Part shown: positions 40,233 to 48,893 of the stretch, piece by piece | Layout of the letters: each line of letters opens with the position of its first letter | Position numbering within the stretch: the stretch's first letter is position 1 | Virus record (IMG/VR): IMGVR_UViG_3300021226_000189 | Direction: 5' to 3' (one strand) | Length of the DNA: 64,000 nucleotides | Origin: a virus | Position numbers and translations under genes: made by a program | Notes under the pieces: generated by a model | Databases searched by the model: none | What the model was told of the DNA's origin: nothing | What the model saw: the letters and a program-made list of their open reading frames with translations, nothing else

Positions 40233-40798
40233 AATTACTAATCGTACGCCATGGAGAATCGGAGGGGAACGTTGACAAATCGGTGTATTTCAAAATGCCT
40301 GACTGGTCAGTTCCTCTAACGGAAAAAGGTAAAGAACAAGCTAAAAAGGTTGGGAAAGTAATCTCAAAACATCTTGAAGAAGAGGATGAATGTTTCTTGG
40401 TTTACAGCCCTTATGTTAGAGCGAAGCATACGATGGAAATTATCAGTGAATGTATTACTCATCATATTCCATTATATAAAAAAGAACAAGTAATTACCAA
40501 AGAACGTGAATGGGGAAACCTTAGAGAAGAATACGAATCATTCAGAACCAGAGAAGAACGTAATCATTTATTCGATTTCTATCGTCGTCCTGTTGGTGGT
40601 GAGTCCTTTGCTGATTGTTATCAAAGAGCATTGATTTTTTTGAATTGGTTAAAAGAGTTGGAAACTGGAAACGCTATCATTGTATCACATGGGGAATTTA
40701 TCAAAACATTGCTGATGATCATTGATAATGTGAAGGTGGAAGACTTCGATAAAATTCCTCGCGTTAAGAACTGTGAATTGATTATCAGACATTACTAA
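40229..40798 (+). CDS. Histidine phosphatase (phosphoglycerate mutase family)
   Basis: VRHGESEGN, SPY.RA, GGES, VSHG. Confidence 0.9.
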   Translation: MKLLIVRHGESEGNVDKSVYFKMPDWSVPLTEKGKEQAKKVGKVISKHLEEEDECFLVYSPYVRAKHTMEIISECITHHIPLYKKEQVITKEREWGNLREEYESFRTREERNHLFDFYRRPVGGESFADCYQRALIFLNWLKELETGNAIIVSHGEFIKTLLMIIDNVKVEDFDKIPRVKNCELIIRHY

Positions 40799-40820
40799 AA
40801 AACTAGAATATACTTTTTAC

Positions 40821-41018
40821 ATGGTGACGAAATTAAATAAACAATACGATCCTGATGAAGTTCTGTCTTCCATTCAGAAAATTGACGAGAAGCTTTCTAT
40901 TCTGAGAGAGTCTTGGCAAGATGCTGATGAGAAGAAGAAAGACAAATGGATGAAAATGATTAACGAACAACTCGATCAACGTTTGACATTGATGAGCATT
41001 CGTGATAAAATGGGATGA
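40821..41018 (+). CDS. Hypothetical protein
   Basis: Motif-N6-ATG; stop overlaps tRNA-Ser 5' end. Confidence 0.65.
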   Translation: MVTKLNKQYDPDEVLSSIQKIDEKLSILRESWQDADEKKKDKWMKMINEQLDQRLTLMSIRDKMG

Positions 41019-41098
41019 TGCCAGAGTGGTAATGGTCTGGTCTTGAAAACCAGAGACAACCCTGACAGGTTGCGGAGGTTCGATCCCTTCTCATCTCG
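41012..41098 (+). tRNA. tRNA-Ser(TGA)
   Basis: Acceptor GGGATGA/TCATCTC, anticodon arm CTGGT-CTTGAAA-ACCAG, long variable arm, TTCGATC T-loop, G73. Confidence 0.88.
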
Positions 41099-41140
41099 CT
41101 CAAAAAACTTGACTTAATCGTTTGAAGTGTTAAATTAGAT

Positions 41141-41494
41141 ATGATGAAAGTAATCGCATTATTATGTATTTTATGTAACTTTTGTTATTCTGCTGAATAT
41201 GGGGTAGCATCCTTTTATTCAATCAGGACAAATGGTGGCACGAAAACTGCTAGCGGTGAACCTCTTTGTAACGATAAATTCACCGTTGCTCATAAAAAAA
41301 TCCCACTAGGGACGATGGTTAAAGTGACAAATCTATCTAATGGTAAACATGTTTATGCAAAAGTAACTGATAGAGGTCCTTATGTTAAAGGGCGAGTTAT
41401 TGACGTTTCCGATGCGTGTGCAGACGTTTTAAGATTTCGTCATAAAGGTTTGACAAAAGTAAAAATTGAAGTAATTAAAAGAACAAAAAAATGA
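41141..41494 (+). CDS. RlpA-like double-psi beta-barrel protein with signal peptide
   Basis: G.ASFY, TASGE, T.AHK..PLGT.VKVTN..NG, V.DRGPY..GR.IDVS. Confidence 0.88.
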   Translation: MMKVIALLCILCNFCYSAEYGVASFYSIRTNGGTKTASGEPLCNDKFTVAHKKIPLGTMVKVTNLSNGKHVYAKVTDRGPYVKGRVIDVSDACADVLRFRHKGLTKVKIEVIKRTKK

Positions 41495-42051
41495 AATATC
41501 GAATAAACATCAACGGCACTTGCTGCGAAAACAAATACTTTGCAGTATCTAAAGAAGCAAAAGAATTTTGGAAAGAAAAAGTAGACAGTTATGATCACGA
41601 TCTTCTAAACGAATATGTTTGGGATGAAGCTGATCTTGATGAAATTCCTGAGTCTGCTAGATTCTTAGACGACAATGACTTCCCCATGGAATACACTGTA
41701 GTTGATTTGGACTTCTGTGAAGTGTGGCTCCAGAATATCGACAAACCAGAACAAGAGTCTGTTGTGTTTCTGATTGAAGATGAAAACATCGTTAAATTTG
41801 ATGACGAAGAATTTGATAAAGATGACTATCTAGTGATTTCCGAATTCATGAAAGGCACTGTTTATGGCGGCGAAATTGAATTGAAAGAAGGTGAAACTTT
41901 CGATGCTTCAAAACTTAAAATCTATTTGTCGGAAGACCTTGATGGACTTACTATTCTAACAAGTGTGTATTATGATGAAGAAGAAATCGAAAACCCGGAG
42001 ATTTCTTTGATGGGAAAAGGTCGCACTGTTTATTTTGTATCAAAAGAGTAA
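41491..42051 (+). CDS. Hypothetical acidic protein
   Basis: 186 aa, coupled. Confidence 0.7.
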   Translation: MKYRININGTCCENKYFAVSKEAKEFWKEKVDSYDHDLLNEYVWDEADLDEIPESARFLDDNDFPMEYTVVDLDFCEVWLQNIDKPEQESVVFLIEDENIVKFDDEEFDKDDYLVISEFMKGTVYGGEIELKEGETFDASKLKIYLSEDLDGLTILTSVYYDEEEIENPEISLMGKGRTVYFVSKE

Positions 42052-42072
42052 AACGATAACAACTTTAAAAAT

Positions 42073-42300
42073 ATGAAAAAATTAAGAATCGTTGAAAAGC
42101 TATATAGTGATGGGTCAGTTCGCTTTGAAATCCAACGGAGAGGATTATTAGGTTCGTGGGTAAATGCAGTGCATGAAGATGCATGGACTCACGACTTTGA
42201 TAGTCTCGATAAAGCAAAAGCACAGTTGGATTATTATGCTGATCCTAGCTCTTGGCCACGAAAGAAAATTGTCTTTCAAAACTATGAAGATGAAAATTAA
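42073..42300 (+). CDS. Hypothetical protein
   Basis: Packed ORF. Confidence 0.6.
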   Translation: MKKLRIVEKLYSDGSVRFEIQRRGLLGSWVNAVHEDAWTHDFDSLDKAKAQLDYYADPSSWPRKKIVFQNYEDEN

Positions 42301-42308
42301 ATAATAAA

Positions 42309-42779
42309 ATGAAGAAACTACTCCTCCTATTGCTTAGTGCAATTACATGTCAGGCAGCTACAATCGCAACAAATGTTGTGCATAGCAGCGTAAGTCTCGG
42401 ATCAGATGGTCTGTATAGTTATAGCTATCAAATTCGACCGAGTGATGTTGATCGTCGTGATCTTTCATATTTTGAGGTTTTTCATTGCGAAGAGGCTCAA
42501 ATTATGAATCCAGAAGCGACAGTTCGTTTCAAACTTGAAGAAAAGTCATATAGCATTAAATGGGATTCCATTCAGGGCAATAATAATAACCAGCTTATTA
42601 CATTCACTCTTAAATCAAATATGATGCCAAGCGAAAATGGTAGACTTGAGTTTAAGATTGCAAATAAAACATGGACTCAAAATAATGTGATCACTCCTGG
42701 ATGCACTGCAATTCCAGAAACGAGTTCTGTATTGCTTGGTTTAATTGGTTGCGGCGTATTTCTTAGACGCAGACGATGA
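42309..42779 (+). CDS. PEP-CTERM-type sorting-signal protein
   Basis: N-terminal signal peptide; C-terminal IPETSS + hydrophobic helix + RRRR; TAAATA-N5-ATG. Confidence 0.8.
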   Translation: MKKLLLLLLSAITCQAATIATNVVHSSVSLGSDGLYSYSYQIRPSDVDRRDLSYFEVFHCEEAQIMNPEATVRFKLEEKSYSIKWDSIQGNNNNQLITFTLKSNMMPSENGRLEFKIANKTWTQNNVITPGCTAIPETSSVLLGLIGCGVFLRRRR

Positions 42780-43057
42780 CACCGTTCTTAAAAATCTTTA
42801 AAGCATTGTTTACAATCTTTTATTTGCAGAACTTTCCGCTTGATGAGCAAGAGATTGTTCACGACTATAGCGCAAAGTCTGCAAAAGATTGTGAACTTAT
42901 TATTGATCCAAAAGACGCTATCTATTTAGAGGCACCTGACTTTATGAATAGACAGGATGCCTTTATACTCCCTCCTACTTATGTCCCAACTCATGTCCCT
43001 ACGTCAGACATATCCCCTGCGACAGCCAATCGTATCAAACAAAGGATTAATCATTAA
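42776..43057 (+). CDS. Hypothetical protein
   Basis: ATGA-coupled to the PEP-CTERM gene. Confidence 0.5.
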   Translation: MTPFLKIFKALFTIFYLQNFPLDEQEIVHDYSAKSAKDCELIIDPKDAIYLEAPDFMNRQDAFILPPTYVPTHVPTSDISPATANRIKQRINH

Positions 43058-43295
43058 AGTTATTTCTGAAAAACTGCATCTATCTCAAATAAATGAAAAC
43101 GATTCTTTAGATTCTTTGGGTGTAGATAGTCTTGATGTCGTAGAAATACAGTTATCGCTTGAATATTTCTTTGGAAATTTTATTGACAACATAAATCTTT
43201 CTGATACAGTTAACGACATCGAAAGCAAAATATATGAACGAACTACAAACAAAAGTAATAGCATGGCTGGAAAGTGCAGCACAGAAGATTGGTGA
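42957..43295 (+). CDS. Acyl carrier protein-like ORF (start uncertain)
   Basis: IIKVISEKL..DSLGVDSLDVVEIQLSLE..FG matches ACP helix II with the phosphopantetheine Ser. Confidence 0.6.
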   Translation: MPLYSLLLMSQLMSLRQTYPLRQPIVSNKGLIIKVISEKLHLSQINENDSLDSLGVDSLDVVEIQLSLEYFFGNFIDNINLSDTVNDIESKIYERTTNKSNSMAGKCSTEDW

Positions 43296-43614
43296 ATTTG
43301 CCTCGAAAGAAGTGCCGCCATTTATCCACGAATATTTGCAATGGAAATTCTTTGAAGCATGCTACAATGCAACACTGCCAATTATCGCTTTGCTTATTAG
43401 CTCTTATGTGTTGAACATAGGCATTAAGCTTATGAAATCTGAAAAAAATCACGGCGGCGTTGAAATAATTCCACTTACACTTGGCATCGCGGGAACTATA
43501 ATTTCACTTATGGCTGTATTTACCGTATCATTCACCAGTATCAAAACAGCGGTGCAAATTAAAATCGCACCAAAAGTATACCTCATCGAACGAGCTTCTG
43601 AACTTATCAAATAA
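43234..43614 (+). CDS. Membrane protein
   Basis: Two hydrophobic segments; stop begins motif. Confidence 0.7.
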   Translation: MNELQTKVIAWLESAAQKIGEFASKEVPPFIHEYLQWKFFEACYNATLPIIALLISSYVLNIGIKLMKSEKNHGGVEIIPLTLGIAGTIISLMAVFTVSFTSIKTAVQIKIAPKVYLIERASELIK

Positions 43615-43637
43615 AAAACTAGAATACAATAACACAT

Positions 43638-43808
43638 ATGGCAAACAAAAACACACGACAAGCTAAAGCTGCGGGATTCGCAAGTAAGAAAGACCAAAAC
43701 AACAACGGCACTCGTATTTTCGAGGGTAAAGTATGTGATACCTCTTGGGATGCACCTGAGAGTAAACACAAAAAGCGCAAGGTGTATCAGCGCATCAAGC
43801 CTGAGTAA
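43638..43808 (+). CDS. Small basic protein (56 aa, not in ORF track)
   Basis: Motif-N7-ATG; MANKNTRQAKAAGF..QRIKPE. Confidence 0.65.
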   Translation: MANKNTRQAKAAGFASKKDQNNNGTRIFEGKVCDTSWDAPESKHKKRKVYQRIKPE

Positions 43809-43814
43809 AAAGCT

Positions 43815-44001
43815 TTCGCTTCGGCAGTATCAAAACGCTTGCCAGACCCCCGCTCTACTATTCACTTAGCATCGGGACTGGCGGGATCGAGACATGGAGC
43901 CTTCGGGTGCGCGGATAAAGTCAGTAATGACAGGCAGTAATTCCATTCTCCCTAGAAACTCGGATATTGAAAAGGTAGTGCGCAGACCGTTCCGAAGCGA
44001 A
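43815..44001 (+). ncRNA. Candidate structured ncRNA (187 nt)
   Basis: GC-rich intergenic stretch closed by TTCGCTTCGG/CCGAAGCGAA; cUUCGg and GUAA tetraloop hairpins. Confidence 0.55.
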
Positions 44002-44037
44002 TTTTTAATCAATAAAAAACTAGAATACAATCGAGAC

Positions 44038-44244
44038 ATGCAAAAATACACAATCATTTGGGAAGATCGTTGGATGCGAGGCTCACACCAGCATTGCATC
44101 ACAAAAAGAACATGGGTGGAAGCTGAGAATATTCATGATGTGATGGTAGAGTATGGTGAATACGCTCGCTTCATCTTCGAAGGTCATCAATTGTCGATTG
44201 GTGAAGAATTGCGTCCAGAAGAAATCGAAATTATTAAAAAATAA
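44038..44244 (+). CDS. Hypothetical protein
   Basis: Motif-N6-ATG (start moved from 43894). Confidence 0.7.
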   Translation: MQKYTIIWEDRWMRGSHQHCITKRTWVEAENIHDVMVEYGEYARFIFEGHQLSIGEELRPEEIEIIKK

Positions 44245-44246
44245 TT

Positions 44247-44459
44247 ATGCAAATCAGCAAAGAAATTGAAATAATTCCTGATCGTTATTACGGATATTCT
44301 GTGGCAGATTGGAATAAAGAGGCTGGTTGTGATGGCATTACCATTCAAACCTTCAATATCTCCAAGACTGGTAGGGAAAATTCTCATCATATCACCATGA
44401 ACAAAGAAGTCGCTATCGCTATTGCCAATGCTATCTTTGAACTTTGTAACGAAAAATAA
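44247..44459 (+). CDS. Hypothetical protein
   Basis: Packed ORF. Confidence 0.6.
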   Translation: MQISKEIEIIPDRYYGYSVADWNKEAGCDGITIQTFNISKTGRENSHHITMNKEVAIAIANAIFELCNEK

Positions 44460-44461
44460 TT

Positions 44462-44734
44462 ATGGGAGATTGGGTACATATTACAGGTGGTAGATTCTCT
44501 ATCTATAAAAAAGATAAAGTATCTCCTGAAAAGGTTTTCGAAGAAATCGTAGGTGATAATTCAATCGAAATTGAAAAATTGGATGGTGGTGATCGTTGGC
44601 AATACCGAATTAACGAGATTGCATTGCGAACAGACGGTAACACTTTCATGAAATATTATCCAAAATTATTGAAAAATCTTAAACCGATTAAAAATTCTCT
44701 ATCTTTTGAGATCGAATTCAGCTTACACGAATAA
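44462..44734 (+). CDS. Hypothetical protein
   Basis: Packed ORF; stop begins motif. Confidence 0.65.
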   Translation: MGDWVHITGGRFSIYKKDKVSPEKVFEEIVGDNSIEIEKLDGGDRWQYRINEIALRTDGNTFMKYYPKLLKNLKPIKNSLSFEIEFSLHE

Positions 44735-44756
44735 AAAACTAGAATACACTTATAAC

Positions 44757-44927
44757 ATGCTTATCAACAACATTATTTATTATATCATTTGTTTTGTGAT
44801 CGGTGGTCTCGCAGGTAAATTTATTAAAAATAAATACTATGCTCTTGCAATCGCTCCCATAGTATCAGTAATTCTCGGGATGATTTTACAACATTTCGGG
44901 CTAATCGGTTATGGATTTCTTAAATAA
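44757..44927 (+). CDS. Small membrane protein
   Basis: Motif-N6-ATG; hydrophobic. Confidence 0.6.
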   Translation: MLINNIIYYIICFVIGGLAGKFIKNKYYALAIAPIVSVILGMILQHFGLIGYGFLK

Positions 44928-45219
44928 TATGTTCAATATACCTAGAATTGTAATTGGGTTTTTCTTATTCAATCTTGGATTTCTCATTCCAGTAGTAGGG
45001 ATATTCCCTATGCTCATTGGTGGATATTTCCTGTCACGATTGATTGCGGAAGAATACGGTATTGCCATATTCTTTTTCATTGGAGTATCACTACTGATAC
45101 CGTCATACTACATGATAGTTCCAGTATTTGAACAAATTGGATGGGAATATGGTAAAGTGATCAGATATACGATGTGTTTGATCGCATCAGTTATGACATG
45201 GCTATCAGTTGGAAAATAA
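44911..45219 (+). CDS. Membrane protein
   Basis: Several hydrophobic segments. Confidence 0.65.
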   Translation: MDFLNNMFNIPRIVIGFFLFNLGFLIPVVGIFPMLIGGYFLSRLIAEEYGIAIFFFIGVSLLIPSYYMIVPVFEQIGWEYGKVIRYTMCLIASVMTWLSVGK

Positions 45220-45233
45220 TTACTAAATTAAAT

Positions 45234-45740
45234 ATGACAATCGCACAACAATTAAAAATTAAAGACTTCCCTTTTGAAATCAAAGATTCCAATGGTAATT
45301 GTATTTACTATGAGAATTCCCATGGATATTGGGAAAAACATGAATACGATGCCAATGGTAAATTGATTTACTCTGAAACTTCTGATGGACATTGGGAAAA
45401 ACGTGAATACGATATCTATAATAATCTGATTTACTTTGAGAATTCCTTTGGACATTGGGAAAAACGTGAATGGGATGCCAATGGTAATCGGATTTACTTT
45501 GAGGATTCCTCTGGATATTGGCTAAAACAAGAATACGATATCTATAATAATCTGATTTACTTTGAGAATTCCTTTGGACATTGGGAAAAACGTGAATGGG
45601 ATGCCAATGGTAATCGGATTTACTATGAGAACTCTAGGGGAATAATTATAGACAATCGCCCTAAGACAGAAGTTCAGAAAGCAATCGAACTCCTCACTAA
45701 AGAGGGATTGATTGCGGATGGTAAGATTCTAAAAAACTAA
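45234..45740 (+). CDS. MTIAQQ repeat family copy 4 (5 units, 168 aa)
   Basis: Start moved from 45174 to the family ATG. Confidence 0.9.
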   Translation: MTIAQQLKIKDFPFEIKDSNGNCIYYENSHGYWEKHEYDANGKLIYSETSDGHWEKREYDIYNNLIYFENSFGHWEKREWDANGNRIYFEDSSGYWLKQEYDIYNNLIYFENSFGHWEKREWDANGNRIYYENSRGIIIDNRPKTEVQKAIELLTKEGLIADGKILKN

Positions 45741-45754
45741 AATACCATCATAAC

Positions 45755-46198
45755 ATGACAATCGCACAACAATTAAAAATTAAAGAATTTCCTTTTGCAA
45801 TCGATGATAAAAATGGTAGAGAGATTTACTATGAGGATTCCTCTGGATTTTGGGAAAAATATGAATACGATATCTATAATAATCTGATTTACTTTGAGGA
45901 TTCCTCTGGATATTGGGAAAAACGTGAATACGATACCAATGGTAATCGGATTTACTTTGAGGATTCCTCTGGATATTGGAGAAAACGTGAATACGATACC
46001 AATGGTAATTGTATTTACTATGAGAATTCCAATGGATATTGGGTAAAACGTGAATGGAATGCCAATGGTAATTGTATTTACTTTGAGGATTCCTCTGGAG
46101 CAACCGAAGACAATCGCCCTAAGACAGAAGTTCAGAAAGCAATCGAACTCCTCACGAAAGAGGGATTGATTGCGGATGGTAAGATCCTAAAAAACTAG
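45755..46198 (+). CDS. MTIAQQ repeat family copy 5 (4 units, 147 aa)
   Basis: Caps plus repeats. Confidence 0.9.
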   Translation: MTIAQQLKIKEFPFAIDDKNGREIYYEDSSGFWEKYEYDIYNNLIYFEDSSGYWEKREYDTNGNRIYFEDSSGYWRKREYDTNGNCIYYENSNGYWVKREWNANGNCIYFEDSSGATEDNRPKTEVQKAIELLTKEGLIADGKILKN

Positions 46199-46212
46199 AA
46201 TACAATCACAAT

Positions 46213-46485
46213 ATGACAATTGCACAGCAATTAAAAATTAAAGACTTTCCTTTTGTAATCAAAGATACCAATGGTAGAGAGATTTACTGTGAGAATTCCA
46301 ATGGATATTGGGAAAAAGGTGAATACAATACCAATGGTAAAGTGATTTACTATGAGAATTCCAATGGATTTTGGGTAAAATGTGAATACGATGCCAATGG
46401 TAATTGTATTTACTTTGAGGATTCGAAGGGACAATCATTGACAATCGTCCTAAGACTGATGTCCAACAAGCAATTGAGATCCTAA
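46213..46485 (+). pseudogene. MTIAQQ repeat family copy 6 (2 units), frameshifted with a C-cap deletion
   Basis: GGA-CAATC lacks one base versus siblings; LLTKEGLIxDGK segment deleted. Confidence 0.8.
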
Positions 46486-46501
46486 AAAACTAAAACACAA
46501 T

Positions 46502-46945
46502 ATGACAATCGCACAACAATTAAAAATTAAAGACTTCCCTTTTGAAATCAAGGATTCCAATGGTAAATTGATTTACTATGAGGCTTTCGATGGATATTGG
46601 GTAAAATATGAATACGATGCCAATGGTAAATTGATTTACTATGAGGCTTCCCATGGATATTGGGAAAAACGTGAATACGATGCCAATGGCGAAGAGATTT
46701 ACTGTGAAAATTCTGATGGATATTGGGAAAAACGTGAATACGATGCCAATGGTAATCGGATTTACTTTGAGACTTCCTCTGGATATTGGTCAAAACGTGA
46801 ATGGGATACCAACGGTAATCGGATTTACTATGAGAATTCCAATGGAGTAATCGAAGACAATCGCCCTAAGACTGATGTCCAACAAGCAATCGAACTCCTC
46901 ACGAAAGAGGGATTGATTGTGGATGGTAAGATCCTAAAAAACTAG
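46502..46945 (+). CDS. MTIAQQ repeat family copy 7 (4 units, 147 aa)
   Basis: Caps plus repeats; upstream motif truncated. Confidence 0.9.
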   Translation: MTIAQQLKIKDFPFEIKDSNGKLIYYEAFDGYWVKYEYDANGKLIYYEASHGYWEKREYDANGEEIYCENSDGYWEKREYDANGNRIYFETSSGYWSKREWDTNGNRIYYENSNGVIEDNRPKTDVQQAIELLTKEGLIVDGKILKN

Positions 46946-46959
46946 AATACAATCGTAGT

Positions 46960-47187
46960 ATGACCAGAACATTTGAAGTGGAAGTAGATAATCAGATTTA
47001 CGAATCGGAAGTCGATATCGTTCGTGTTTACAGTGATTGGGAATACGGTTATGACGACGAGATTTGCCCATGTGGTGATGTGATTGATTGGGAGATCGAG
47101 ATTCTTGATGACACTCTCCCCCAAGCAGTTACACGAGAATTAACTGATGTTGCCAAAGAATGGGCGGCTGAACATATGAAATACTAA
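46960..47187 (+). CDS. Hypothetical acidic protein
   Basis: Motif-N6-ATG. Confidence 0.7.
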   Translation: MTRTFEVEVDNQIYESEVDIVRVYSDWEYGYDDEICPCGDVIDWEIEILDDTLPQAVTRELTDVAKEWAAEHMKY

Positions 47188-47188
47188 A

Positions 47189-47677
47189 ATGCACGAAATA
47201 TATAACCCTATTAATTTATTAGGAAAAGAATTGGAAGTCTCTTATCATGTCGATGATGAGGGAGAAGATGCCAAGGTGGTAGAACTTGAAGCAGTGAATG
47301 GTGAGAGACGATTTGAAATCGTATTTACAAAATTACCAGAAACAGAGGATGATGAACGATTTTTTTGGGTGGATCAAGAACCATATGAGATTGTTGGTGA
47401 TAAAGCAGCTTTCTCTGATATTGGACACATGCGAAGAATCTACTTGACAATTAAAAAACTAGAATATACTGAAGAAGTAACAAACAACGAAACAAATATG
47501 AAAACAACTGTTAAAGAATTGAGTGATAAATTGGGTGTGGATGTAGTTTATGTGAATGGATTCATTCAAACACTGGTTAAGATTGGTAAAGCTGAAGCGG
47601 TGGGTAAGGTTGAAAAACCTGCTGGTGCGCGTGGTAAACCATCTATCATTTATCAAATCGCAGAAGGGATTCTGTAA
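47189..47677 (+). CDS. Apparent in-frame fusion of two genes across a promoter motif (second start 47498, HTH-like)
   Basis: Motif read as KKLEY at 47453; MKTTVKELSDKLGVD..FIQTLVKIG follows an A/C-rich leader. Confidence 0.55.
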   Translation: MHEIYNPINLLGKELEVSYHVDDEGEDAKVVELEAVNGERRFEIVFTKLPETEDDERFFWVDQEPYEIVGDKAAFSDIGHMRRIYLTIKKLEYTEEVTNNETNMKTTVKELSDKLGVDVVYVNGFIQTLVKIGKAEAVGKVEKPAGARGKPSIIYQIAEGIL

Positions 47678-47687
47678 ACAATTTCAA

Positions 47688-47785
47688 TGTTCTGCGGCTG
47701 AAAAGCAAAGATACCCTCTACCCGATTAGACGTAATCTAATCCGCTATGGTTGATGCTTCACAATGCCGATCATGACAGGACACC
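47688..47785 (+). ncRNA. Candidate multi-stem RNA element
   Basis: TGTTCTG/CAGGACA closing stem; GCT-GAAA-AGC, GATTAGA/TCTAATC and ATGGTTG/CGATCAT helices. Confidence 0.4.
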
Positions 47786-47903
47786 TTTTTAACAACAGCT
47801 TTGGTTGGGATATATGCTCGGTTCGTCGTATATCACAAAAAACCATCCATGTGGATTCCAAATCCAACAGAAAGTCAACGAACCGCCAATTTCAAAAAAT
47901 AAT

Positions 47904-48113
47904 ATGAAAGCATTATACGACGAAAATTTTCAACTCACTGATGAAGGGATTGCTATCTCTAATGAATGGGATAGTATCGTTAGACCATTTTTTGAAAAAT
48001 ATAAATTACAATTCGATCCTATTCATTTTCAGTGTTTAGCTGACGAAGGAATTCAATTGTTGAAATGTGGTTATTATCTCGATACAGTAGAATCAAAGCT
48101 CTCGGAAGAATAA
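47904..48113 (+). CDS. Hypothetical protein
   Basis: Start moved from 47805; stop begins motif. Confidence 0.55.
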   Translation: MKALYDENFQLTDEGIAISNEWDSIVRPFFEKYKLQFDPIHFQCLADEGIQLLKCGYYLDTVESKLSEE

Positions 48114-48135
48114 AAAACTAGAATACACTCATAAC

Positions 48136-48516
48136 ATGACAATCGCACAGCAATTAAAAATCAAAGACTTCCCGTTTAAAATCAAAGATTCCAATGGTAA
48201 AGAGATTTACTATGAGAGTTCCAAGGGCTATTGGGTAAAATATGAACACGATGCCAATGGTAAAGAGATTTACTTTGAGACTTCCAATGGATATTGGGAA
48301 AAACGTGAATACGATGCCAATGGTAATCAGATTTACTGTGAGTCTTCCTCTGGATATTGGTCAAAACGCGAATACGATACCAATAATAATCTGATTTACT
48401 TTGAGGATTCCTATGGAGAAATCATCGACAAACGTCCTAAGACAGAAGTTCAGAAAGCAATTGAACTCCTCACGAAAGAGGGATTGATTGTGGATGGAAA
48501 GATTCTAAAAAACTAA
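48136..48516 (+). CDS. MTIAQQ repeat family copy 8 (3 units, 126 aa)
   Basis: Caps plus repeats. Confidence 0.9.
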   Translation: MTIAQQLKIKDFPFKIKDSNGKEIYYESSKGYWVKYEHDANGKEIYFETSNGYWEKREYDANGNQIYCESSSGYWSKREYDTNNNLIYFEDSYGEIIDKRPKTEVQKAIELLTKEGLIVDGKILKN

Positions 48517-48530
48517 GATGTAATAATGAC

Positions 48531-48887
48531 ATGCTTAAAGAAACTCTATTTGAACTTTTTGGTGATTTTGATACAATCCATGATGAGGATCAATGTGGTT
48601 ATTCATCATTCGCTACCGATGATTTTACAATTCGAGTTTGCAGATACAGTTGCTTTTATCTTGTGTCGGTGGATTTGATTGAGACTTTTAATAAAGAATC
48701 ACAATGCCCTATCCACTTCGAATTGTCAGATTACAAACCATTGTCTAAGCGTAAGAAAGATCGTATTCGGGAAGCTATGCGATTCTTGATTAAGAATCGG
48801 AAAGATGCTGGTAGTTTCCTTGGATGTATGGATGGGTTCGATGATTTGAGTTCTGACATCCGACGAGCATTTTATCAAACAATCTAA
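48531..48887 (+). CDS. Hypothetical protein
   Basis: Follows motif variant. Confidence 0.65.
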   Translation: MLKETLFELFGDFDTIHDEDQCGYSSFATDDFTIRVCRYSCFYLVSVDLIETFNKESQCPIHFELSDYKPLSKRKKDRIREAMRFLIKNRKDAGSFLGCMDGFDDLSSDIRRAFYQTI

Positions 48888-48893
48888 CAATTT

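Noticed and set aside
43894-44037. N-terminal extension of the 44038 gene given by the ORF track
   Set aside because: It runs through the structured RNA candidate and the promoter motif; the motif-N6-ATG start fits better
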